In this document: piece by piece, positions 45,001 through 56,800 of the stretch
Position numbering within the stretch: position 1 is the stretch's first letter
Layout: the number at the start of each line of letters is the position of its first letter
IMG/VR virus record: IMGVR_UViG_3300032282_005553
Location: 32,001-96,000 of that record
Source: a virus
DNA length: 64,000 bases
Reading direction: 5' to 3' (one strand)
Notes under the pieces: model-generated
Databases searched by the model: none
What the model saw: only the letters and a program-made list of their open reading frames with translations
What the model was told of the DNA's origin: nothing
Translations under genes and position numbers: made by a program

Positions 45001-46368
45001 TTTCCATCATCAACAACGGGTACAATTCTTTCTATTAGTGGAGACAATAGAACATTAATTGGAAAAACTTTTGACCCTCATTCAATACTATACTCTGATA
45101 TAAACAGTAGGGCTACTGGAACTAAAAACTTTAGATGGTTTGATGATGATAGAGTATTAGCCTTGGGTGGATCAGGTATTATAAATGATAATTTAAATCC
45201 AGCAAGATATGGCATAGTTCTTAGTACAAACAATACGCAAAGTACCATATTTAATAATTTTGGATTAGGAACAGATTTCTCTATTATCAAATCAGGTGAA
45301 AATGCAGTTAATGCTGGTAGTGGTTTCCACATGTTGTCAAAAAACGGCAAAGTTGGAATTAATACAACAATAAATAAATTAAATGATATATATGAGATCC
45401 CTGGCGCTTCGTTGTGTGTAGGTGGTAAAACAGTAACGGATACACTTAGAGTTACTGCATTTAGTCAAGTAGGAGACTATTTGAGAGTATCTAGTAATGG
45501 CGAAGTAGTTGCTAGTGGCGCTACTTTCGACTCAACATTTGTTGGAACACATCCGATAGATGTTGTTTCGTATGCTGGAAATTCTGATATTGAATTTAGT
45601 TTATCAAAAACAGACAACGACGGCGTTGCAGAACTTGATTCCTCCGATATAGGTCGCACAGTTGCCTTTAATGGTGTGGATTGGGCGATAGCTAGTGGAT
45701 TAAATATATATGATGTAAGTAATAAAAGAGGTATGTTAGTAGGTTATGATGGATCATTATTTAATTCAGCTGGATTAACAACTAATACAATAGGCGCTCA
45801 ATCGCATTATGTCAATGTTTTTGCTGGTGGTGGATTTAATTCTTTGGGAGCATACTCTTCTAGTAATAATGCTAACACCACTAGAGGAACATCTCAGTTT
45901 GCTCAATATTTCTTGAGAACGAGAACTAGTGGAAATGTCGTAAGGCCATTATTAATGAATTTTAATACTCTCTCTGACGGCACTATTTCGAAAACAGTTA
46001 ATAATACTATAGTTTTTCCTGATAATGCCTATGGAGTATGGACATATACAGCATATATAAATGTTATGTGGAGTGGTAACGCCACAATGGGTGGCGCTGG
46101 ATATGTAATCAATGGTTCAGTTGGTAAATTTTCTTTGAATACTAATAACCTTGTTGATCTTGGATATACTGTAGATAGTTGGACATCCAACTCACAAGTT
46201 ACACATAATATAAAACCGGAAGTTAAGCAGGATATAGGTGGTAGTAAGCAGACATTGGAATTTACTGCTTCAGGTAATCCAATGTATATCATGTTATGGT
46301 CAGCAACAGTCAATATTAATCAAACACATTGGCCAATTGGTTCAGCATTTACTTCTACAATATTATGA
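42025..46368 (+). CDS. Tail fibre/spike protein with beta-solenoid (YadA-head/beta-helix-like) repeats
   Basis: Long run of (I/V/L)(I/L)GxxN repeats (about 42540-44400); GRLGVG...AMLHV, RLGINTSSPRSDLDVSG and GKVGINT fibre motifs; directly after TMP. Confidence 0.7.
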   Translation: MSQNIIDDSLILATGTVFDHLISVSGGITTVLNNNNRDIDFQIKSTGTSSSLYYDASTGRLGVGITGAPDAMLHVRAPCAQDGLILESITNCPTGVQLLLLHNKGISPTGGDYPAVINLAGRNTGATVTKYAQIKSKILDSESLKTSGELIFSVDDKGSLEEVFAVNLSKLVLGGLNNNPSGSANYTVIGQSNYSSGISYLLIGNNNSGLRLDDSFLLGDNNIYRGPQIFSLSNDSSITGTRLFVAGLDNTVVGNSGFICGIDGQVNGSYNLVLLDNSSINSNGMVGIVRNGAVLGNSGIILGSDTISSGNLNINFGNNNVLYGSRVTAIGSNISSEGSLNTIFGNLVLVSGNSIISIGSSQSINGITNGILIGNNIDLSNTSNLLYLGFNNHTDESLNNSIVLGGNNILDAGALSDIILVGQNNKTQDMVNSVLVGNNNLASGDLKNNIILGSGNALRNNSYNNICLGLLTNQTGVYVDSDGGIDGTPRSISSNNINSVIVGVHNQSYLNLSNAIIGNKNITSGLYINNLGSFNDIRNTSKAYVLGNSNSVEGNNLCVIGSNSLVIGNDSIVISNKNNSNIYGSGIISIGNNPYVSSGNVIVGYDNTAGISGLIYGINNTQGVGGDFFTFTSGSNTITLYTTSAPYQLNDRLLLHIKNPISKNGILVSTVTADPTINRNNGTTTITLSDIPEWSNRYLSVNNSFDENNTPSTIGSGIIMLYSRGTNQIYYGSNNMILGNNNSVALNNSIVVGNNSTSSGINNVIIGNNITGLTNNTLSIGTSNSNKVVISDSSVIFNTGTAQQSIVVRATDGTITQYSDLSNKRLGINTSSPRSDLDVSGVITSQQLRMGLSAGSGYVLTSDIDGFGSWTLPVRISGASSGLLFNYPNSNNKLAISSTDISLNIQKDFGNADTHSVDFYGNFAIHKTGIILNTNKGSSITAAKFIVWGSGGPEWSAPTIEIDPNNNNLVKMYNLSSVSGKLNQLNVDTYVMFPSSTTGTILSISGDNRTLIGKTFDPHSILYSDINSRATGTKNFRWFDDDRVLALGGSGIINDNLNPARYGIVLSTNNTQSTIFNNFGLGTDFSIIKSGENAVNAGSGFHMLSKNGKVGINTTINKLNDIYEIPGASLCVGGKTVTDTLRVTAFSQVGDYLRVSSNGEVVASGATFDSTFVGTHPIDVVSYAGNSDIEFSLSKTDNDGVAELDSSDIGRTVAFNGVDWAIASGLNIYDVSNKRGMLVGYDGSLFNSAGLTTNTIGAQSHYVNVFAGGGFNSLGAYSSSNNANTTRGTSQFAQYFLRTRTSGNVVRPLLMNFNTLSDGTISKTVNNTIVFPDNAYGVWTYTAYINVMWSGNATMGGAGYVINGSVGKFSLNTNNLVDLGYTVDSWTSNSQVTHNIKPEVKQDIGGSKQTLEFTASGNPMYIMLWSATVNINQTHWPIGSAFTSTIL

Positions 46369-46418
46369 CATAAAAAAGGATAGATTATTTAATTTTATCA
46401 AAGGAAAAAGGATAATAT

Positions 46419-48038
46419 ATGGCAACTGGCGTCTTTATGACATATGGATCATTCAAATTTAGTCCATCAGACGGATATCCTATACCGCAAGTGTCTCTTT
46501 CTAAAGAATTTGACAGAGATCAAGCTGGAAGAATTATTGGTGGACGAACTATTGTATCGCTAGAAGGAGTAATATATAATAATATTCATGATCTAGATTT
46601 TCAAGGTTTTTTAACAAGAGAAAAAGACTTAAGAGAGGCATTTAGTAAAGACACATTTATAAAATTTGGTTGCGGTACGAATGAAAATACTCCAAGCTAT
46701 AGTGGTAATGCTAAAGTTAATAGATTATCAATTGATAAAACAGAAAATCGTTGGGTATCAACAATAGGATATAATGCAGACCTAATAGTAGAAGATGTCC
46801 CAACAATTTCTCAAGAATGTACATCAACCGGAATATATAATATAACAAGTTGTCAAGATGAATGGAACATGGAAATTATAGATGAATATAGCTATGTAAA
46901 TTCTCCGGTTGGTGCAAATGTTCTCAGAGAAGCCCTTAATTTTCCATTAGGCTCAAAATATCCAATATATCGTATCAGTAGAACCATAGGAGCTGTTGGT
47001 AAATTCATTCCAACAGGAAACAATCTTGGAATTAGTGCGATAGCTGGCGCTAAAAAATGGGTAACATGCAGATTAAGTACAGCTCCAGAATCGTCTCTTA
47101 CAGGAATGCTTAGCGGGATAGTTCTGTATAATTTTGTAAGATCGGTTGCAGTAGATGACCCAGGCGGTTCTTATAGACTAACAGATAATTGGATAGGAGT
47201 TCCAACGGGATACTCTACTTCTGGACTATATATTGAATCTTTTAATATTGATAGTTCATTAGATAGTAGTTATCTTAGAACAGTTACTATAAATGGAACA
47301 ATAAAAGGACTAGAGCCATTTGATAGTGGAAAAATTTATGATAAATCTATAATAGGTACTGGTCTAAAAGGAAGTATATCCCCAATGGCACAACTAGTAA
47401 GGAGCGACAGTGCAACTAGTAGATTTGATCAAGCATTAAGTGGTTATAATAGTATAAAAAATAGTATGTTTATGAGAGTACAATCTTTTGTAGAAAAACA
47501 GAATAATCCTAGTGGAATATTTAGAAGATTCTTTGGAAGAGATGAAAATACAGTTAATCCTTTACCCCTAAGTGTAACAGAAGGATTTAATCCAACCGAA
47601 GGTTCCGTAACCTATAGTTGGATCTATAATAATAGACCATTGAACTTAATTTCAGGATCTATTTCTGAAACACTAACAATTAATGATAGTTTTCCAACAC
47701 AGGTTGTTGCTGAACTTTTCGTATTGGGCAGGAGATTGGGGCCGGTCATGCAAAGTTTAGGCACTTATACAACAGCATCTAGAGATGTTACATTTGATGT
47801 TGTTATGCCAAGACCCACAGGATTGGCCGGTATCAAATTTCCTAAAACAGCATATATACAAATTACGGGACTAGTAGAAAGTATGAATCCGATGTTCTTA
47901 TTAGGATCAAGTGTTTGCAAATCATTTGTTAAAAATAATACAGAGAATTGGAGTGTAACAGACGGTAGATTTACTAAACAGAAAACTTGGGTATGGCAGC
48001 ATTGTTATCAAGATATAACACAAAATTCAAACATATAA
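46419..48038 (+). CDS. Putative distal tail/hub protein
   Basis: Beta-rich tube-like repeats (RTIVSLEG, RISRTIGAVG, RTVTINGTIKG); post-TMP position. Confidence 0.45.
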   Translation: MATGVFMTYGSFKFSPSDGYPIPQVSLSKEFDRDQAGRIIGGRTIVSLEGVIYNNIHDLDFQGFLTREKDLREAFSKDTFIKFGCGTNENTPSYSGNAKVNRLSIDKTENRWVSTIGYNADLIVEDVPTISQECTSTGIYNITSCQDEWNMEIIDEYSYVNSPVGANVLREALNFPLGSKYPIYRISRTIGAVGKFIPTGNNLGISAIAGAKKWVTCRLSTAPESSLTGMLSGIVLYNFVRSVAVDDPGGSYRLTDNWIGVPTGYSTSGLYIESFNIDSSLDSSYLRTVTINGTIKGLEPFDSGKIYDKSIIGTGLKGSISPMAQLVRSDSATSRFDQALSGYNSIKNSMFMRVQSFVEKQNNPSGIFRRFFGRDENTVNPLPLSVTEGFNPTEGSVTYSWIYNNRPLNLISGSISETLTINDSFPTQVVAELFVLGRRLGPVMQSLGTYTTASRDVTFDVVMPRPTGLAGIKFPKTAYIQITGLVESMNPMFLLGSSVCKSFVKNNTENWSVTDGRFTKQKTWVWQHCYQDITQNSNI

Positions 48039-48055
48039 ATTAATAGGAGTTTATT

Positions 48056-51000
48056 TTGAGTTATTGTAATTTGCCAGAAAGATTAATTGGACCATATAAT
48101 CAAACACTATTTTTAGGATGTAGCGTATCCAATTTTACATGTAATCTTGCATGGGGCGCAGAACAAAGCACATTACAGGTTAATTTAGTAGAGGATAATT
48201 GTTATCATCCACAGTCTATCTTTTATGGCTCTATGGATTTACAATTGGATAGCATAACACAACAGCCAGAAAACGCAAATAGTACAGCATTTACAAAAAA
48301 TGGAGATGTTTTTAATACAAATGATCCTGCTAAAACCGTACATAAAACCATAGCTTTTAGTGAAAAAGATAAAGAGAATGCTAGAGATCAGGAAAATGCA
48401 ACTCTATCCTATGATAATAAAGACTATGGTAAGGTTGTATATGATATAAATGGAAATAGGGGCTACTGGACAGAGCCAGATCCTTACTTTATCGGAGCCC
48501 CAGGCAATAAATTTAATAGTAACGGCTATGATATATTAGGTGTGCCAGTAAGATTCAAATTTAATGATTTTAGTTTCGGAGGAATAGTTTCTTCATGGAA
48601 ACAAGCAGGATCTCAAGGAGGATTAAGAAGTTTCGATGTAGAAATTAAAAGTTTTGCGAGCTTATTAAATGGGGTTCAATTAATTATAGGAGGTTACGGT
48701 GGAGGAATTTGTGGTATTGTTCCGAATACCAGCAATAATCCAACAGGGAAAAATATAGCGATGCCCATGCCTTATGGTGTTGATTTTTATGAAAATTCTC
48801 CACCAGTTTTTTCTTTTTTTGATTATACCGCAGATATTGCTCAAGGAAATATTCCTAATGTTATAAATATATATGGACATTTAACATATCTTGGATATAA
48901 AAATAAAGTATATGGTGGAGCAGGATTGAACCAAGAAGGGATGAGATCGCAGGATATATACGACAGCTTAGAAGCTTTGTTGGGTCTTAATAGTCATAAT
49001 AATATCGATCATATTTCTCCATTCTCACCATACGGCGCTATTATATCGAGATCTATAAGAAATAATTCTACGTCTAGTGAAGTGGATCCTTTTTCAGAAA
49101 CTTATAATAATCTTAATTTAACTCATATGGGAATATGTCCAAATTCTATAGCTATAGACGGACATCGTAGATCAAGATTGAAACTTGATCTTTCAGAAGT
49201 ACCAAGACCACCTAGATGGTTGAGAACACAAGGAGAAGTTATAAGTTTAATGCAGTTCATTTCTGATATTTGTGATGGATCTGGATTTGATTTTTTTGTT
49301 GATTTTGTTCCACCTGATTCTCAGCAGATAGCTCATAATATATCTGGAATTATAAAAATTAGAACCGTATCCAGACGTCAACAACCTAAAAAAGATCAGA
49401 TACAAGCCTTAATTAATTATCTAGTAACTAATAATGGAGTAACGTCTTATAATAAAGGAAAAGAATTTACAGATGTTAATACTAGATCAATGTATATTGG
49501 AGGAAAACAAAAAAGATTACTACAATGTAGAACAGAAAGATTTGCTTTTACTCAAAATACTTTAATATGGGATCCATGGGTCGGACAGCTTGGAGTATTT
49601 ATAGACTATAATCCAATAGGGGGTGGCACAAATGCTACTGCTGGAACAAGTGTTGCTTCGAGCATAGCTTACGGAACTAATCTTGTTAGACAACCAAATT
49701 TATTATCTACCAGAAGGTACTCTTTTAAGAGCTCTGGTGGCGCTGCTGTGGCTAGCGATTCTTATGGGTTCAATGACTCACAGGTATTCGGACAGACTAC
49801 AAATTTTTCAAGAGGAAACTATACTGATACGGCTACTCTTGGGGGAGGTCTAGGTTTTGAAAAATTTGAGTATATCTCAAAGGTATTGACGGGCTCAGAA
49901 GCAGCAGCTTCTACACGAAATTTACCAATTTATACCGACGCTATCTGCCCATATTTTGGAGTAGGGTCAAATGGATTAGTGAGACCGGTTTATTTTGATA
50001 AGAATATGGGACAAATGCAAATTATCTTTCAAATGTCCGATTTAGATGGACTAATATCTTATCCTCTTTCTAGTATACAGGGACCATATCCAGACAAACT
50101 TAGTATATTTGCAGCGCCAGTTTTCTTGGTATTGGAAAACGAAATAAGAGCAGCTGGCGGAGGATTTATGCAATGGATCACATACTGTTTCAGTAACATT
50201 TTTTCAACGGATATTTCTGAGATACTATATAAGGCTTTTAAAAATCATTTAGGTTTGGGAGGAAAACCAGCTAAAAATTTATGGCTTGCTGGTATGGATG
50301 GGATATTAAAATCTATGGGCAGACAAACTATAGGAATAGATAATAGAGTATTAGATTCTATCAACCTGTCGTCTGTGGCTCCATATTTTAGAGAATTACA
50401 TGCTGACTTAGAGAAAGTTCATGGTTTTTTTCAGGGTATTGCTAGCGAATATTATGGTAAAAAATATATGATACGAATGCCTGAATTAGCATGGTATCAA
50501 GATATTTCAGTAGCGACAGATAATAATAATAATGCTATTGTACTAGGTAATGATGAGAGTGGTAATCCGATTTATGCATTAGAAGGGACAAATACTGTTT
50601 TTACCAATTATTCTGTCTCATCGGATGGTGCTTGGGAAGAGCCCGGAAATATGATAGATGATACAATAGCAGTAGGAGGAATAAAAGCTTCATTTTTTAC
50701 AGATGAAACCGGAAAAATTGGACCAATCGTCGGATATAATGCTTCTATGGAAAAAGATACTGGAAGACTATGGGCTAGACAACAATTTTTAAGTCAAGCT
50801 ATAAGATATAGACCATATGCGGGTGCTCCATATACCGTGTTTGACTGGAGCCATGTAATGAAATTAAACTACGAAGACCCATTGCTTCAAGATAATACTC
50901 ATTGGTATATCCCGCTTAGCTATCAGATAGAAGAATCTATGATTTTGCCATATAATCATCCAGAAGTTAATGTGCCCATGGCTCATAATATGGGTATGTA

Positions 51001-52219
51001 TAGACAACCAGTGCCTTTTGATAAAAGATATAAAATGTATGCAAAAGGAACAACAGAGAGCGATCTTGTATTTCTAGCACCTAATTCTGCACAACCCAGA
51101 GCTATAGTTAGTGTCCCATCTCCGGTTTTGGTGGGAGTCGGCAGAAACGGGACAGATGATGAATTAAATGCGGTGATGGTACAAGATGCTCTGGCAAGAT
51201 TAAGATTTGGAGCTAGTGTGCCACTAGTAGTGCAGGGACTACTTACGCTTGGATCAACTCTTGGTGGAACAGGATTTGCTGCGGGATCTACTACAATTTG
51301 GGGAGGATTGGGATTGAATCCTGCTTATGAAGATGCTGCTCAAAGAAGTATGATACTGGTTGTTGTTCCGGTTGGAGAAAATACCAGAGATCCACAAAAA
51401 GGATTCAGTCCAAAATACGGATATACAAGCTACTTTTTGGGAAAAGAGGCTGGAGTAGGAGGATTTGGGGGTGTATCTTTATTGGACTATATGATTCGAG
51501 ATTTAGAATTTACTCATATGATGAGTTTTGGATACGAAAATGAAATTAAAAATTCTAATTATAGAGCACCTGTAAAATTTGACGCACAAAGAAATAGGAT
51601 GGGTGTTTCAAGCGAAGATGCTTATGAGCCGAATACTATTTTACCAAGAGCAGCATTTCCATTATTCTGTGCAATTCCACTCGAAATGAATGATGCTGTT
51701 TATGGTCCATGGATTAATCATCCAGGATTAATTAAAGACAATATTTTTCCAGATAGCAATAATTCATTATTAGATGTAGAAAATCTTGTAGGAGGAGTAA
51801 AAGTAATCGTTGATCCATCCTTGACCCCATGGAATTATGGAGGAATGGGTCCGCTTGATGATGCTGTGATGAGTAAAATTGCAGACGATGTAAATTATCA
51901 ACAGGTTCTAGAGAATGGTAGTGTACAAATACCTGGTTTTGCAAACTTTAATTTGGGTGATGCTATACAATTTTATGGTAGTCAATTTAATGGTCCGGTA
52001 TTAACTAGTATTAATGTTCAGATAGGTGAGAATGGGGTATCTTCTACATATAATTTTAGAACATATATTCGTAAAATTGGATTTTTTAACAAAGAAAATG
52101 CCGATAGAGTTAAAGCACTCAATCAGGAATCGCTCAAGAGAAACAGAGAAATTAATAATAAATTATTAAAATTGGCATCTAGGATGGGGATCTCTCCCGG
52201 ATCATTTAGGATTATATAA
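48056..52219 (+). CDS. Putative tail tip/baseplate hub (Tal-like) protein
   Basis: AGGAG RBS with TTG start; FLGCSV...STLQVNLVED N-terminus, LMQFISDICDGSGFDFFV and C-terminal LTSINVQIGENGVSSTYNF resemble hub-protein architecture; synteny. Confidence 0.55.
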   Translation: MSYCNLPERLIGPYNQTLFLGCSVSNFTCNLAWGAEQSTLQVNLVEDNCYHPQSIFYGSMDLQLDSITQQPENANSTAFTKNGDVFNTNDPAKTVHKTIAFSEKDKENARDQENATLSYDNKDYGKVVYDINGNRGYWTEPDPYFIGAPGNKFNSNGYDILGVPVRFKFNDFSFGGIVSSWKQAGSQGGLRSFDVEIKSFASLLNGVQLIIGGYGGGICGIVPNTSNNPTGKNIAMPMPYGVDFYENSPPVFSFFDYTADIAQGNIPNVINIYGHLTYLGYKNKVYGGAGLNQEGMRSQDIYDSLEALLGLNSHNNIDHISPFSPYGAIISRSIRNNSTSSEVDPFSETYNNLNLTHMGICPNSIAIDGHRRSRLKLDLSEVPRPPRWLRTQGEVISLMQFISDICDGSGFDFFVDFVPPDSQQIAHNISGIIKIRTVSRRQQPKKDQIQALINYLVTNNGVTSYNKGKEFTDVNTRSMYIGGKQKRLLQCRTERFAFTQNTLIWDPWVGQLGVFIDYNPIGGGTNATAGTSVASSIAYGTNLVRQPNLLSTRRYSFKSSGGAAVASDSYGFNDSQVFGQTTNFSRGNYTDTATLGGGLGFEKFEYISKVLTGSEAAASTRNLPIYTDAICPYFGVGSNGLVRPVYFDKNMGQMQIIFQMSDLDGLISYPLSSIQGPYPDKLSIFAAPVFLVLENEIRAAGGGFMQWITYCFSNIFSTDISEILYKAFKNHLGLGGKPAKNLWLAGMDGILKSMGRQTIGIDNRVLDSINLSSVAPYFRELHADLEKVHGFFQGIASEYYGKKYMIRMPELAWYQDISVATDNNNNAIVLGNDESGNPIYALEGTNTVFTNYSVSSDGAWEEPGNMIDDTIAVGGIKASFFTDETGKIGPIVGYNASMEKDTGRLWARQQFLSQAIRYRPYAGAPYTVFDWSHVMKLNYEDPLLQDNTHWYIPLSYQIEESMILPYNHPEVNVPMAHNMGMYRQPVPFDKRYKMYAKGTTESDLVFLAPNSAQPRAIVSVPSPVLVGVGRNGTDDELNAVMVQDALARLRFGASVPLVVQGLLTLGSTLGGTGFAAGSTTIWGGLGLNPAYEDAAQRSMILVVVPVGENTRDPQKGFSPKYGYTSYFLGKEAGVGGFGGVSLLDYMIRDLEFTHMMSFGYENEIKNSNYRAPVKFDAQRNRMGVSSEDAYEPNTILPRAAFPLFCAIPLEMNDAVYGPWINHPGLIKDNIFPDSNNSLLDVENLVGGVKVIVDPSLTPWNYGGMGPLDDAVMSKIADDVNYQQVLENGSVQIPGFANFNLGDAIQFYGSQFNGPVLTSINVQIGENGVSSTYNFRTYIRKIGFFNKENADRVKALNQESLKRNREINNKLLKLASRMGISPGSFRII

Positions 52220-52242
52220 ATATATATTAAGAAAGATGAATT

Positions 52243-53889
52243 ATGGGAACTCAAAATCGTTATAATTTTTTACCAAATGTTTTAGTTGGAATGAATTTTC
52301 AAAATTTTAGGAATTATGGAACACAACTACAGAGCGTCTTAGATTTTTCTCCTGCGTGGTGCGAAAGACCATATTCTTTACAGCCTAATATTAAATATGA
52401 TGTTTCAAATTATCCTAGAATGCAGTCATCTGTATTTTTAGAAACAAATAATATGCTAAAACGAGAGACTATGGATAGGTTTCAGCTGAAATCTATGATG
52501 AGTCTAGATGGATTATTCTCTCCGATATCTTTTTATCCAACTCCATACACAACAACATTTAGTATTACAAAGTATACAACAGAAAATTGTCCATTTTGTT
52601 ATGGTACAAAAATATATAATTATGTTGTCTATCCAGATAATATTGTTACTAATCTCAGAACGACTAATGCTACGTCTCTATCGAATAGTAGACAAGAAAA
52701 AACTATACCGTGTCCATTCTGCGAAACACAGTCTGTAAAAAATGATAAAGTATATAAAAGTTCTTCACCAGCCGAAGTTACTCCACCTTATATTATTGCA
52801 AGTGGAGATGATCTAAAAATAATATCAAAATTACCAGCTACAGGACTAAGCGGTAATCCTGTCATAAATTATACCACTTTAAATCCTATAGTATTATCTA
52901 TTGGTGAATTTAGTAATTTTCAAAATAAACAAATTAAAGATAGTACAGGACATTGTATCGATCTTGTTTCTAATGGAAGTGCTATTCCATACGGATTTGA
53001 TGATCTAAGACCTGGTAACTCTATTAGTATTGGAAAATCTTATATTGATTATGATCTTAATTTAAAAGAGTATGCTGATGCTGCTCGCGCTGCCGGAGTT
53101 AATATTCCTCCAGTGCCAGATCAAATACAATCTAATACCAGATTTTTTGGATTAAGAGGACCAGTAATGCTTCATGCTTGGGGATATGATTTAGAAGGAT
53201 ATCCGGTACCAAATTCTTCTGGCGAACCACTAATACGCAATGGTGCTATTACTAGGGATGCTCAAAATAATATTATTGGCAAAAATCAAAAACAAAAATC
53301 TGATGGAACTTGGACAAAACCATATAAAGAAAATACATTTTACAATGGCTGGGCTCAACAACCAGGAACGTGGCCCGTTGGGCCGATAGATTTTAGATGG
53401 GATGAAGGTGCTGGATTATGGACTGTTGGATCCAACTATAAAGATTTACATATTGTTATTGAAGAAGATATGGTTGGCACAAATCCTGTTAGAGGTCAAA
53501 TAATAGACAGTGCTTTTGATAATTCTCCACTACCAGATGATCTCAGAAGATTGGTTTTTGTAAAAGATAGTATAGGCATTTACTCTGCTCCAAGAGGTGC
53601 GGCTGTTTATTGTAAATATAATTCTAATAATGGTTTTTATGAACCAATAGGACACAGACCTTTCACAACATCTGGCACCATAACATCATCTAATACAGTA
53701 GACATATATAAGATATATACAAAACCAAATAATCCAAATATAAGACTTTCCGAAGATCCAAAACTAGAAGTATATAATACAACATTTAAAAATCCATTAA
53801 AATTTGATGTATCAATTAACGATGTAGCTTTATTCAATTTTATTGATGGTGCTTGGGTTGTGTACGCATATAATGCTGGAGCCTGCTAA
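52243..53889 (+). CDS. Putative tail tip protein with two CPFC motifs
   Basis: CPFC...CPFC metal-binding pair; GLRGPVMLHAWGYDLEGYPVP and WPVGPIDFRWD motifs; context. Confidence 0.45.
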   Translation: MGTQNRYNFLPNVLVGMNFQNFRNYGTQLQSVLDFSPAWCERPYSLQPNIKYDVSNYPRMQSSVFLETNNMLKRETMDRFQLKSMMSLDGLFSPISFYPTPYTTTFSITKYTTENCPFCYGTKIYNYVVYPDNIVTNLRTTNATSLSNSRQEKTIPCPFCETQSVKNDKVYKSSSPAEVTPPYIIASGDDLKIISKLPATGLSGNPVINYTTLNPIVLSIGEFSNFQNKQIKDSTGHCIDLVSNGSAIPYGFDDLRPGNSISIGKSYIDYDLNLKEYADAARAAGVNIPPVPDQIQSNTRFFGLRGPVMLHAWGYDLEGYPVPNSSGEPLIRNGAITRDAQNNIIGKNQKQKSDGTWTKPYKENTFYNGWAQQPGTWPVGPIDFRWDEGAGLWTVGSNYKDLHIVIEEDMVGTNPVRGQIIDSAFDNSPLPDDLRRLVFVKDSIGIYSAPRGAAVYCKYNSNNGFYEPIGHRPFTTSGTITSSNTVDIYKIYTKPNNPNIRLSEDPKLEVYNTTFKNPLKFDVSINDVALFNFIDGAWVVYAYNAGAC

Positions 53890-56800
53890 TGGGATGCTCA
53901 TGTAGTATATATAAAAAATCTTTATTTTTAGATGCAAAAATAGAAACTTTTAATATAGAAACTTCGTGGCTAAAGAATCTTATCCCATCATTTGAGGCAA
54001 GAACCAGTGGATTATGGTTGCCTATAATTATTAAACCAAATAATTCTAATATAGAATATACAGATATTTTTACGCGAGCAGAATCTGAACAAGGATTATT
54101 TGATCCTTGTAATTGTAGCATATCTGAGAATACGGTAGACGATCCGGAAAATGACCAAACATATTGTTCATATTGTTCAACAGATATTAATAATTCTTAT
54201 TCTATTGGTACATGGAAACTAACTGATAAACTGAGTGGGAAAAACGTTAGTGTTGGTGCGGCTACTTGCTGTGATGGAGCATGTGATGTTAGAATTTCTA
54301 AAGATGATTATCTAGCCAAGTTGCCATCCATGAATTCTAGTTATCTCAAACAACCATATGACCTTAAATACAAAAAACAATTTCCAGCATGTTCAAATCT
54401 GGGATTGGGTAAAGAAAAATTTGCCTATTCTACATCATACGATTCATTTAAAGCTGAGGGACCAGAAATTGTTATAGATTGGAAAATAAAAGAAAGATTG
54501 TCTGAAATACCACCAAATGATATAGACTCATATCACAAAGATATAGACACCCATGAAAAATCATATAAGAGATCGCTGATAACAAGTAAAACATGCGGTA
54601 ATTTTATTTTGACAAAATTGAGTTCGGAGTCAGGAAACAATCCGTATTATCCATTATTTAGTGGTATTATTGGAGATATACAAACAACCGGCAATTACTC
54701 TAAACTCTTACCATCTGTTAAAAATTTTACAAAACCGTACGGGTTCAAAAACCAAGATCACTATAATATTTTTGTAAAAACAGAAAAAGTGGGTTCTCAT
54801 TGGAAATGGAATTATAGCTCCGGTGTGTTATGCTGGTATAGATATTTTGATGTTGATGCGACTGTAGATGATAGGCTAATTAGAGGTGTTGACCTGTATA
54901 TATCAGATGGCGATGTTTTTTATGCCACAAACGATGGACCAGAAAATAGCTCATCGTCGTATAATGAAAATAATCCATCAAATAATGAAATACATCAATG
55001 TCCGTCAGGATTAAAATTAGTTAAAAATTCTAGAGTAACAGGAATACTCCCTAATAATTCTGAATTCTTGTATATATCAGAAAATATTTATGGTAAATTT
55101 TATAGTATCCTTAATAAAATAGAAGATCTTGAGGTATCATTAGATATTGATAATTCAAGCAAATTAAAACCTCTGAAAAAATTGGAGCTAGCTGCACTAT
55201 TGGCAACTGGACCAAATTATCACGAAGTAACCGTCGATCTGTTAAAAACTGTACAAGACATAGATGACGCCACTAAAGATTATGAAAGAGATCCATTCAA
55301 ACAGATAATAAGCTTCAATAAGGCGATGTTGTCAAAACCACAGTATAAGTTAAATAAACTAAATATTGTAAAAACATCTGAAGATTTAGTAAATACTTTA
55401 GCTAATAAATACGGTGCTTATATATGGTTCCCGCCAAATACAGAAAAAAAGCTAGAATTATTGAAGTCATGTCAACCTCATGCCTATTTAGATCTGGATT
55501 TTGAACCAGTCGTTAAAGATAGTGATACTCGTTTTACAACAGAGTGCAAATCAAAACCACCAGAATGTGGAGAAACAGTTGTTTCGAAAACTTTCGCCTA
55601 TAACCAAGAAATAAAAGTTGGTAATTTTGTTTTTAAAACAGATGTAGATAAGCGATACAAGAGCTATGCATGTACGAGTGGTAATTTTACTATAGATAAA
55701 ACAGCAAATATTATTAGTGCTTATTTTAATAATAACTTAATTAAGGAAAGCTATTACGGTAGTGGATGTACTAGATTTTATCAAAAATATTTAAGAGTAC
55801 CATCATATGACCTAGCCTATAAAAAACTAGGAGACTCATTGTGTGAGGATAACGAACTTTGTGATAGTAGACTATCAAAAATATACAATAAGCCATCAGG
55901 AGAATTCGAAGATAAGTCTGTAATTTTAGACAGAAGATATCCAGCAAATTATTGTAACTCAAATGTTGATAGAATTAGTTTCAATAAACAAGGTGGCTTA
56001 TATTATGATAGTAATATTTTTGGATCAGATAATGTAGTCTTTGTTTCAACATATGGTTCTGAGAACGGTAATTACTCTGTGTCTTTTAAAACAAAAGACG
56101 TTGGTATTAAGTTATATAATTTAGAAATTTGTAAATTACGCGATGAAAAGAATGCTGGATGTAAAACATTTCCGCTCAACCAAGCCTGCAAATGTTTTCC
56201 ACTAAGTTATGTTGACGGATATAGATATAATTGCAATGGTACGCTAACTTTCACCAATAGTTTTAACATACTCTATACTCCAAATTTATCAACACAAAGT
56301 AGTCCTGTTATTAAAAGCTATGGAGGATTTTCTATTCAAGAAGTAGATCAAATACTGGGCTTAGGAAATAGAATACAAAACCATCCTTCACCAAATACTG
56401 ATCTATCAAAAGTAAATAGAATTATTGATCCATTGCATCCGTACGAATGTCAAGAAACTATCACAGTAAATTTTCCAAATTATATTTATACAAAATGGGG
56501 GATAACATTACCGACCCAATACAATACATCACACGCAGATATATGGATGAAAATCAATGAAACCGTTGATTTATTCAAGCCAATCAATACTTTTTTGGAC
56601 GAAGAAGATGAGTTAGTTTCTGAGCCAAATAAAAATTATCGTAGATTTACTACTAAAGTAGATATCAATAAAAGTACAATATATGGCAGTCAACAAAATA
56701 TCTTATTCTCAAAAGATACTACGCCAAGTTTTGTTAATATAGAATTTACAAATCCATTTTTATATTCATTATTGTCTCAAATATCAAGCGATATTAATAA

